IMG/VR virus record: IMGVR_UViG_3300020011_000226 | Coordinates: 53,541-117,540 of that record | Reading direction: 5' to 3' (one strand) | DNA: 64,000 nt | Source of the DNA: a virus | Taxonomy: Duplodnaviria; Caudoviricetes | Shown here: positions 51,133 to 59,222 of the stretch, one piece after another | Layout of the letters: each line of letters opens with the position of its first letter | Numbering within the stretch: the stretch's first letter is position 1 | Made by a program: the position numbers and the translations under genes | The notes under the pieces: model-generated | Database searches by the model: none | Seen by the model: only the letters and a program-made list of their open reading frames with translations | Told to the model about the DNA's origin: nothing

Positions 51133-51594
51133 ATGAGTAAATACAGTACAAGAAGCGTTCATAGCGAAATAACTGACCCCAATACAGGAGAGATTAGAAG
51201 TTACACTGATAGAGTAGAAGTAGTCAAGAATGAAGTAGAGCCCTTCTTTCTGACTTATAGCAGGGAAATACTGGCTCTTTATGGCAAGTCCATATTTAAT
51301 GCGACTACCAAAGTGTTATGGAAGCTGTTGGAGATAGCTGAGTATAATACAGGCAAGGTATATGTTACTACCGAAAGAAGGAACAGTATCATGGATGCTT
51401 GTAGTATCTCTAGAGCCTCTTATGACAGAGCTGTCAGAGATTTGGTAGAAGCGGAGATTATCAAGAAGGACGGAAATACTTATACCATTAGACATGATAT
51501 GTTCTGGAAGGGAGACAGGGATGAGAGGAGAAAGTTGTTAAATGCCAGGCTTAGAATATCATTCACTCCAATGTTTCCTGAATCTGAGCAGTAG
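51133..51594 (+). CDS. RepL-like replication/HTH protein
   Basis: DPNTGEI N-terminus, HTH ISRASYDRAVRDL, and Y.I...MFWKG, typical of the RepL family. Confidence 0.7.
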   Translation: MSKYSTRSVHSEITDPNTGEIRSYTDRVEVVKNEVEPFFLTYSREILALYGKSIFNATTKVLWKLLEIAEYNTGKVYVTTERRNSIMDACSISRASYDRAVRDLVEAEIIKKDGNTYTIRHDMFWKGDRDERRKLLNARLRISFTPMFPESEQ

Positions 51595-51721
51595 TCACTC
51601 ATTGCTCCCACTCACTTATTGCTCTCACATCTCCCGCAAAAAAAAATAAAGGCAGAGCCTCCCCATACCCAAGGGAAGCCCTGCCAGTCATTCTATTTAA
51701 CCCACAATGTCTGCCAGATGA

Positions 51722-52006
51722 CTATGCGTCAATTCTGGTGATGTCACCACTACCATCGCGGTGTAAGGTGAGAATCTTGGCCTTGGTAAGGTCTACAGAG
51801 TCACCCACACCCAGCGTAGACTGGTTGCTCAGTGGGATATAGGTCTGCCCACCAGAAGCCATGAAGAAACATACTGACTTGCCATAGTCAGAGCTGACCA
51901 CCTCAGCCTCCTTGACGGCTGCTACTTCCTCTGCCTCAAAGCTGCGCGAACCTACTACCTTCCATGAACCACCGTAGACCTGTAAACCTGCAAAAATGTT
52001 ACTCAT
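51722..52006 (-). CDS. Early small beta-rich protein, paralog 2 of 3
   Basis: VVSSDYGxSVCFFMxxGGQxYIPLS is shared among the paralogs; terminator at ~51648-51685. Confidence 0.85.
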   Translation of the reverse strand: MSNIFAGLQVYGGSWKVVGSRSFEAEEVAAVKEAEVVSSDYGKSVCFFMASGGQTYIPLSNQSTLGVGDSVDLTKAKILTLHRDGSGDITRIDA

Positions 52007-52241
52007 AATTGTTTGTTGTTTAAAATGTTAATAATGTTGTTTGTTGTCTGGAGACTGCACTGCTAGCCGTACAACCTCAAATACAGGGGAAGTGTAATTG
52101 GTTCTTCATCCTCTATGCCCCTCATTGCTCCCACTACTGCCCTCAAAAAGTTAATCTGTTGCTGTTGTCGATGGGACTTTGGGATAAAAAATAAAAGGCA
52201 GACAGCCGAAGCCATCTGCCTTAAATGCTTAGAGGATTATA

Positions 52242-52523
52242 CTAAAGCTCTACTCTCAAGATAGGATTACTGCCATCTCTCTCCAGTGTGAGGACAGTCA
52301 GTTTATTAACATCCACAACATCCCCAACCTGGGCCACAGAATCTCTACTGAGCGGGATGTACTGCTGACAGCCAGAGGTCATGAAGAAGCAGCATGATAA
52401 GCCATAAGAGCTGCTGACCACTTTAGCTGATAAGATACCTGACAACTCTTCCTCATTGAGAGGACGAGAGTTTGTCACTGCATACTTAGTTGCATACTTG
52501 GTTAAACCTGCGAAAATATTCAT
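52242..52523 (-). CDS. Early small beta-rich protein, paralog 3 of 3
   Basis: Same motif; terminator AAGGCAGA/TCTGCCTT at ~52195-52222. Confidence 0.85.
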   Translation of the reverse strand: MNIFAGLTKYATKYAVTNSRPLNEEELSGILSAKVVSSSYGLSCCFFMTSGCQQYIPLSRDSVAQVGDVVDVNKLTVLTLERDGSNPILRVEL

Positions 52524-52589
52524 AATTCTAATTATTTAAAGGGTTTATAATTCTATTTAATGTGTTCTCATGGTATCAGACTCTTCAGG

Positions 52590-52892
52590 CTACTTCTTCT
52601 CCTTGTAAGCCTCTGGATTAATCTGCTTGCCAATCTCAGGAACATACTGTCTGTATTCCTTGCCAGTCTTCTTGGAGACTTTCTTGATGAAAGCCTTGCC
52701 AGTAGATGAGAGATACACAGGATACACTACACCTTTGTTATCAGTGTAAGTGTACTGAGTCTTGGTCTCCTTACCAGCAGGCTTCTTGTTGGAAACTTGG
52801 GTAAAGGTATTACCCTGACGTGACACACTCTGAGCATAGATGCCCACATTCATACTGAGCAGCATCATGGCTGCAATGATTAACTTCTTCAT
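52590..52892 (-). CDS. Secreted small basic protein
   Basis: Sec signal peptide MKKLIIAAMMLL...AQ. Confidence 0.75.
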   Translation of the reverse strand: MKKLIIAAMMLLSMNVGIYAQSVSRQGNTFTQVSNKKPAGKETKTQYTYTDNKGVVYPVYLSSTGKAFIKKVSKKTGKEYRQYVPEIGKQINPEAYKEKK

Positions 52893-53192
52893 AATTGTTT
52901 TGTTTTATAGGTTATACATGTGTCATCACATAGTCAGCTTTCTTGATAAGGTCAGTATTTCCTGTAGCCTTAATCTCATCATAGATAGCATGAATATCGC
53001 TCCAGTCCTCAGGACCGCCATTGCAAGCTGAAATCAGCTCATTGATTAAATTTCTCATAATTACTTTATCATTTAATTGTCCAACTTGAATTTCCATAAA
53101 CCAGCTTATAGTTACTGGCAGCTTGGTAAGAGGTGAACCCACCCCTCACCAAGTTTCCGAGAGAATCAAATACTCTGTACATAGTACTAGTA

Positions 53193-53465
53193 TTAGTAAA
53201 TCTTCATGACCACTTTAAGGCCATCACCTCTTTGTTTATACTCTTCAAAGGATAGCTTGAGAGTCCAGTCACCACCAAGAGTAACAACCACTTGCCTTGG
53301 ATTCTTGGCAACCTTGATTCTAGGTCTCTTAGCTTTTGGTTTGAATCCTCTGGCAATAAGAGCCTTCAGTTCCTCACTCTCATGATTCCTCATGAGTTCC
53401 CTTCTTCTCTCATTGAAGTCTGAGCATCCTGCCCATTCTCCACGGTAAATACCATTCTGCTTCAT
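53193..53465 (-). CDS. Hypothetical early protein
   Basis: 90 aa ORF. Confidence 0.6.
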   Translation of the reverse strand: MKQNGIYRGEWAGCSDFNERRRELMRNHESEELKALIARGFKPKAKRPRIKVAKNPRQVVVTLGGDWTLKLSFEEYKQRGDGLKVVMKIY

Positions 53466-53478
53466 TGTCTTATAGTTT

Positions 53479-53745
53479 TTAGTAACACCAATAATAGTTT
53501 CTTATCTCATCCTTGGTAATAACTGCTTCAGGATCACAGTCAATATTATCCACATAGTCATAGTAGATTTCCTCAGCATCATTGCCAAGGTTATCCATCA
53601 TGATTCTACAGATGTCTGACAGCATGCAAGCTGCCTGATAGTCCTTAGAACCTACATTCTCCTTGGAATTTCTTCCAACCTGATAGCTCACCGCGCTTGT
53701 TGCAAGTAGCAATGCTACAGCTGCCAAAACTTTAATTTTCTTCAT
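53479..53745 (-). CDS. Hypothetical exported protein
   Basis: N-terminal signal-like segment. Confidence 0.65.
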   Translation of the reverse strand: MKKIKVLAAVALLLATSAVSYQVGRNSKENVGSKDYQAACMLSDICRIMMDNLGNDAEEIYYDYVDNIDCDPEAVITKDEIRNYYWCY

Positions 53746-53894
53746 ATTATTTCGAGTAAATAGTTATCCAATACATAGTCCAGAGTAACCACATGATGCC
53801 AAAATAACCCAGAATGAGGATTATGAATCCCCAATCTGAGTCAAAGAACCAGCATAGTATCTTCTCAATTCTCTTCATTGTCTTAGTAGTTTAA

Positions 53895-54293
53895 TTAGCA
53901 GTACATTGCTTCCCATGCATCACAGTATGCATCATACATAGCTTCATCTTCTGCCTCATAGCATTCAGCAAGATAGTTCTCTGACAGCTCATAGAACTCC
54001 AACATACACATCAAATCTTCAGTGGTAATGCCCATATCCTCACAGAACGTCTTGCCTTTCCAGAAGGCAACCAATGAGGTATAGTCACTCACATACATAG
54101 TTGAGGTAATCTTGTCTTTGTCCCATAGGGCAATACTTAACAAGGTTTCCTCCTCATCATCACATTCACCAATGGTGTCCAGCTCAAGAGCCTGCTGGTT
54201 TCTTACCATTTGTTTGATTGTCTCAAAGTTCACCGTCTTCCAGTTGAGCTTCTCTGCTATCATCTTGATAGCCTTGAATTCAGCTTTGTTCAT
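53895..54293 (-). CDS. Acidic hypothetical protein, first gene of the leftward operon
   Basis: 132 aa with an acidic C-terminus. Confidence 0.7.
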   Translation of the reverse strand: MNKAEFKAIKMIAEKLNWKTVNFETIKQMVRNQQALELDTIGECDDEEETLLSIALWDKDKITSTMYVSDYTSLVAFWKGKTFCEDMGITTEDLMCMLEFYELSENYLAECYEAEDEAMYDAYCDAWEAMYC

Positions 54294-54470
54294 AATACTT
54301 TTATTTAATAGGGTTTGTTAATGTTGTGACAGCTGGTATCTCCTGCCTTGTCTCAGCTACTGAGCTGATGTAACTCCTGCTATAGATATAGCTGGAGACA
54401 GTCAGTCTGCAAAGACCCAGGGGGGGATAGACCCCACACTGTCAAAGACAGGGGGAGGTGTGATATGTTA

Positions 54471-54676
54471 TGTTCCCCCTTTACACATACCAAAAAAATT
54501 TCGACCTGTACGGTTGAAAAATTTTCATAGAAATACTATCCTTCCCTTTTATACATGCAGTTCAAATTATCAAAACACTATCCTCCACTTTTATACATAC
54601 CTAATATTTTTCCAAAATGTTCCCCCTTTATACATATCACGATTTTTTCTATAATATCCTCAGCTTTTACATACTC
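54471..54676. repeat. Five degenerate direct repeats (core roughly CC..CTTTTATACATAC) at the divergent strand switch
   Basis: Copies at ~54471, 54535, 54577, 54618 and 54654. Confidence 0.7.
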
Positions 54677-54791
54677 TGCATTTTTCCTAAATTCCCTCTG
54701 GTAACTTTTTTATTTCTTCCAGCTTAGCCTTCCTTACAATAGCTTTTATACTGAAGAAAATAGCCTTTTCTTATAGTACTTTTGCATTGAC

Positions 54792-55178
54792 ATGGGAAGA
54801 GTACAAGAACATAATAAAGAGATCAGGACTTCTGCTGAGTCAAGAGCCAGAGAGATGCAGACATGGCCATCTCCCTTAGAGGAGAAGATGCAAGTATTTC
54901 TGGATAAGCATGGTATTTACTATGAGTTCCAGAAAGTATTCTATATTACTGATGATAATGGCTGGATAACAAGATACTATATAGCAGACTTCTATCTGCC
55001 CCAGAAGAAGGTTATCATCGAGGTGGATGGCAAGTTCCATGATAAACATAAACAGCATGACAGGGATAGGACTAGAACTATTCAGGAATACTACCATGGA
55101 ATAGAGGTTCTAAGGTATAAATGGAAAGACATGTCTGATAAGGAAGTTCTATCTGATTTATTGCACAGGGTAGCATAA
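54792..55178 (+). CDS. DUF559/Vsr-like endonuclease
   Basis: YIADFY....IIEVDG..H...DxxRT; TACTTTTG promoter at 54777-54784. Confidence 0.85.
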   Translation: MGRVQEHNKEIRTSAESRAREMQTWPSPLEEKMQVFLDKHGIYYEFQKVFYITDDNGWITRYYIADFYLPQKKVIIEVDGKFHDKHKQHDRDRTRTIQEYYHGIEVLRYKWKDMSDKEVLSDLLHRVA

Positions 55179-55229
55179 TAGTTTGGTGTTCTCGTTTATT
55201 ATTTGTACCTTTGCAGCAAAGTTATTTAT

Positions 55230-56717
55230 ATGGACAACTATAAGACATCTTATTATCATGAGTCTCTTGTTCGGACAGAATGGGATAGTCTTCCTTTAAT
55301 GGAGAAGATGAATATTATGAGGTCATGTGTCAGGAATGGAATCCTCAACATGGAGGACATCAGGACTGCATATAGTAATTATGTGTCAGGAAAAAATATC
55401 TTTGATGGTATTTCTCTTGATGCTCCTGATGTAGAAGGTTTTGCCAATTTTTTGGCTGGGGGAGGTAAGACTAAAAAGGAAGAGCTAGAGGTTACTTATG
55501 GCCGGCCTTACTATTCCTATGATAGTCAGGGTAGGAAGGTGGATAATACTCTCAATTATAATGCTACTATTCCTGAGGTGGTAATTTATGGTAGAAATAG
55601 GAAGCCTGATTATATTGAGAGGGCTAAACAGGAAAGGCAAAGACAGGGACAGATAGCCAAAAGTTATTTTACTGCTGCTCCATCGGTAACTAATATTGCT
55701 AAAGGCATAGAAGCTTTGGTAAATTCTTCTCCGTTAGTAACAACAGCTTCTTCTGAGAATCCTTTTGCCTTTATCGGCGATGCTCCAAGTGGTAGCGTGA
55801 AAGGCAATCCTCTGAATAGTACAACAAGCAATCTGTTAAAATGGTTAGGGAAACCTCTTACGTATAGGCCTAAAAATCCTTTGTCCCAAGCTTCTATTGA
55901 AGATTTGGCTTTCAAAAAGATTGAAGGTACTGATAAATATATGTACCCAGGATTAGAGAGAATGCTATATTTATGGAAAGAAAAAGGCGCGGACTTAACT
56001 AGATTTGGGGTAGATGATTTAGATGATATATTTAGACTTAGAAAAGCCGCATTGGCAGAAAACGCACCTTATAGACATACTATTGCTAATAAGATAGGTG
56101 GAGAGTATCTGCTATCGGATTTTAGAGGCGGAGAAGAAGTGGGTAAGATAGATCTAGGGATAGATGCTTCTGGAAATACATTTATGGATAATATTCATAA
56201 TCTAACAAACTCTTACCCAAAAGGGGATCCAAGAAAAGTTCACGGTGTACAAAGAAGAGGGTTAAATTCTGCAATAGCTGTAGCCCAGTCTGAGGGTGGA
56301 GAAGGTGTTTTTTCTGGTAACCAGTTGCAATCTGCACCAAAACAATATCCTGCTATATTTGAACATCCAGAAAGGCAGGTGGTTGGGCAGGGATTTCATA
56401 CAAACGAAAAGATGGTTCCTGTTGGAGAATATGGAATGTTTGGAGGTCTCAGTGGCCCCAAAGAAGCCAAAAGTGTTGAGGAGCTTTGGGCCAATGGAGA
56501 TAAATCGCCCATGCAGCTTTTACCAGCTCCTGTGTGGAAATTAACCAAACAGTCTTTTTCAGCCCCAACCAAATCTTATTCCTTCAATCCACTAATAGTT
56601 GATAGTAATGGGAAAATGCATGTAGACTGGAATTCTGCTGATATATTTAAAGGGTTGGTCATACCCACATTATTCGGAACTACGTATAACCTTTTTGAAG
56701 ATAGTCATGACAAATAA
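55230..56717 (+). CDS. crAss-type FxxGG-motif protein with variable C-terminal domain
   Basis: FLAGGG and TIPEVVI motifs. The promoter TACCTTTG at 55206-55213 places the start at 55230. Confidence 0.7.
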   Translation: MDNYKTSYYHESLVRTEWDSLPLMEKMNIMRSCVRNGILNMEDIRTAYSNYVSGKNIFDGISLDAPDVEGFANFLAGGGKTKKEELEVTYGRPYYSYDSQGRKVDNTLNYNATIPEVVIYGRNRKPDYIERAKQERQRQGQIAKSYFTAAPSVTNIAKGIEALVNSSPLVTTASSENPFAFIGDAPSGSVKGNPLNSTTSNLLKWLGKPLTYRPKNPLSQASIEDLAFKKIEGTDKYMYPGLERMLYLWKEKGADLTRFGVDDLDDIFRLRKAALAENAPYRHTIANKIGGEYLLSDFRGGEEVGKIDLGIDASGNTFMDNIHNLTNSYPKGDPRKVHGVQRRGLNSAIAVAQSEGGEGVFSGNQLQSAPKQYPAIFEHPERQVVGQGFHTNEKMVPVGEYGMFGGLSGPKEAKSVEELWANGDKSPMQLLPAPVWKLTKQSFSAPTKSYSFNPLIVDSNGKMHVDWNSADIFKGLVIPTLFGTTYNLFEDSHDK

Positions 56718-57000
56718 AATAATAGCAACTCTTGAAGAAAGATATGCAAAAGCAGTGGTAGATAGTAAGGGTTACACTGTCTTTGAGCCCCTAGCTGAAT
56801 TCTACCTTGATATGCTTTGCTATGGCAGTACAGGAAGAGTTTTTGTAGAGAGACTGGAGACAGAACTGTTAAACTTGGGATTGCTCAAAAGCAAAATTAG
56901 TGCATGGAATGATCTTATTGACAATAGAGTTTGGGATGGCGATTTTAACAGAATGCTTTTTTATTTCTTCCGTATCAAAGAAAGAAACCCGTATCAATGA
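56707..57000 (+). CDS. Small protein overlapping the upstream stop (immunity-like)
   Basis: ATG at 56707 overlaps the end of the upstream gene. Confidence 0.6.
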   Translation: MTNKIIATLEERYAKAVVDSKGYTVFEPLAEFYLDMLCYGSTGRVFVERLETELLNLGLLKSKISAWNDLIDNRVWDGDFNRMLFYFFRIKERNPYQ

Positions 57001-57686
57001 CAATATTATCCTACGAAGAGTACCACGAAAGATATAATCAATTAGTGGCTAAAAGAAATGTAAATGCTATTATTGAATTTGAAAGAAACTACGGCTATAT
57101 GCTGGCAGATCCTATTTTTGAAAAAGAAAAGGCATGACAAATAGTAGTTATTATGGAATCTTGGATTGAGCAGATAAAGAAAAGAACAGTCTCTGACACA
57201 CTATATACAAAAAATATGGCCAGCTGATATTGTACAATATGTTTCAGGAACTAGAGTACCTGAGATTAAAATACTGGGGTAGTTCTGAGGATTACACTGA
57301 GGATATACGCAGGGTTATTCAGGTGTATAGTATTGACAATGAAATGACTATGCTGATGGGATTGCCTAAATTGATAAGCAGATACAAGACTATCTTTCCA
57401 GCAATGGGTCATTGTTAGGTTACCTAAAGCCCTATTTTGGTATGGAGGTATATTATGATGGGACTCAGTGCGTTTTGGTAGAACAAATAGAAGAGCTTTT
57501 TAAAAGATTAGAGCGAGCTTTTCTTTGGTGAGACTACCCTATTATATTATACTAGTCAAAGCAGCCGAAGGCTGCGAGAGCCTATTGGTATATCCAACAG
57601 AGTTAGGGCAGTATTTCTTCTGTGAATATTGCTATCTTAGCTTCAAAAAACATATTATGATTAATTATTGGTATATATTATTGATG

Positions 57687-57748
57687 TTAGAGTAATTTTT
57701 AATCTGCCGTTAGAGGGATTTTTAACATTTCATTAGAGGGATTTTTAA
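57687..57748. repeat. Three direct repeats TTAGAG(TA/GG)ATTTTTAA, 23-bp period
   Basis: Start at 57687, 57710 and 57733. Confidence 0.75.
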
Positions 57749-57829
57749 TGCTGAAAATTCAGAAAATCCCTTTATTTCTTGGTAGTTTCAGAGATTTTTC
57801 ATACCTTTGTAGTGACAAATATAATTTTT

Positions 57830-58408
57830 ATGGTTTACTACAAATATCTCTTCCTGCACATGGAAGATTTAACTCCTAACGAAGGGCTGGTATATTCAGA
57901 ACTGCTCCTCAACTCTTTAGTCTCCAACGAAGACTACAAGACAGGTGAACTACTATATATAGATAAGGCAAAAGACGAACTGGCCAACTTTCAGTTATTG
58001 CAGTGGGGAGAAGAAGTTACCTACTATGAACTGAAAGTACCCATTCTGATAAAGAGAACTGAGATGACTTTCCCTACAGTTAAAAAGGCTCTTGGGGAAT
58101 TAACTCGGAAAGAGTATATCAAAGGTGGTTATATTAAATGTCCACTTAATTTGCTGCGAGATGGCTACATAAAAATTCCAAACGGAACAGGTGCTAAAGG
58201 AAGGCAACTTGTCTTTTATGGTTTTTTGCTTGACAGATCCAGGAGATACAAAGGCATTATAGACACTTGGGCCTACAGGTTCAGTGAGCTTTGTGGTGTA
58301 GATGCTGATGATGCTTACTTTATGATACAGCAGCTAAAAAAGAAAGGGTTAGTGGAGAGACTTGAAGATGGCAGGCTACAGATAAATAAGCCTGTTCGGA
58401 GAAAATAA
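57830..58408 (+). CDS. Double winged-helix DNA-binding (Rep-like) protein
   Basis: Two wHTH-like segments (TFPTVKKALGEL..K.YI; IQQLKKKGLVER); promoter TACCTTTG at 57802-57809. Confidence 0.7.
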   Translation: MVYYKYLFLHMEDLTPNEGLVYSELLLNSLVSNEDYKTGELLYIDKAKDELANFQLLQWGEEVTYYELKVPILIKRTEMTFPTVKKALGELTRKEYIKGGYIKCPLNLLRDGYIKIPNGTGAKGRQLVFYGFLLDRSRRYKGIIDTWAYRFSELCGVDADDAYFMIQQLKKKGLVERLEDGRLQINKPVRRK

Positions 58409-58467
58409 AAAGGAAGAAACTTCACAGCCTCTTCCTTAGGGACAAATATAATTTTCAGTACTCAAAT
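58403..58467 (-). ncRNA. Small antisense RNA candidate with GUGA-loop terminator
   Basis: Has its own TACCTTTG promoter (58474-58481), 15-nt complementarity to the 5' UTR of the 57830 gene, and a hairpin at 58410-58437 plus a U-run. Confidence 0.6.
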
Positions 58468-58653
58468 ATGATGCAAAGGTAAGAATAAATTGTGATACCT
58501 GCAAGAATTTCTGGGAAATTTTTAGGAATGAGCACTTGATTCTTATAACAATTTATATACCAACGTGTTGCAGATTTTTGTGGTAATGTTTTGCTAATAA
58601 AAAGTTTCTTCGTACCTTTGCAGCTGAAAAGAGATATGTTAAACTAAAACTGC

Positions 58654-59010
58654 TTGGTAATGAAGGGGTTAAAGGAGTATATAGCAAAACATGGATTTCA
58701 TTTTACTGAGGAGCTGGCTTACAAGGCTGCTGGTGGTAAGAAATGGAGTGCTGACAAAATAGCTGTAGCAGCCCAGAAGAGAGTGTATTATAATGTAACC
58801 CGCTCTACTCTGGGAGATATGACCTACTCAACCAATGCTATTTATTTCTGTTGCAACTCTTCAGGCTATAATACTCTTGCCAGATGTATCACAATCATGC
58901 TTAATGATGTAGGCTGCTTTGAGTACTTTGGCTATGGAGGTATCTTTAGTCTATGGTTAGAGACAATGCATAGGCATGGGGAAGAGTTTGACTTTACCCA
59001 GTTCATCTAA
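58654..59010 (+). CDS. Hypothetical Bacteroidota phage protein
   Basis: YIxxHGxHFTxxL motif; promoter at 58613-58620. Confidence 0.7.
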   Translation: MVMKGLKEYIAKHGFHFTEELAYKAAGGKKWSADKIAVAAQKRVYYNVTRSTLGDMTYSTNAIYFCCNSSGYNTLARCITIMLNDVGCFEYFGYGGIFSLWLETMHRHGEEFDFTQFI

Positions 59011-59186
59011 ATATTTTCCTTAGAGTATTGGTACCCAGGTGAGAATCAAGTACTTTTGCACTGAGAAATTTTCGGTCCATACGCAATGTGGGAGTACCTT
59101 CCGTCTGGGTATTCCCACTTTTATTTTTACTTCTAAGGAGAAATAAGGGCTTTATTAAGGTCTTAGGTATTTCCTTATATCCTTTT

Positions 59187-59194
59187 TATCTTTG
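59187..59194 (+). promoter_or_regulatory. Bacteroidota -7 promoter (TATCTTTG) for the portal gene
   Basis: TAnnTTTG ~29 nt before the ATG. Confidence 0.7.
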
Positions 59195-59222
59195 CAATCA
59201 GTAAGATAAAAAGATTGTTTTT

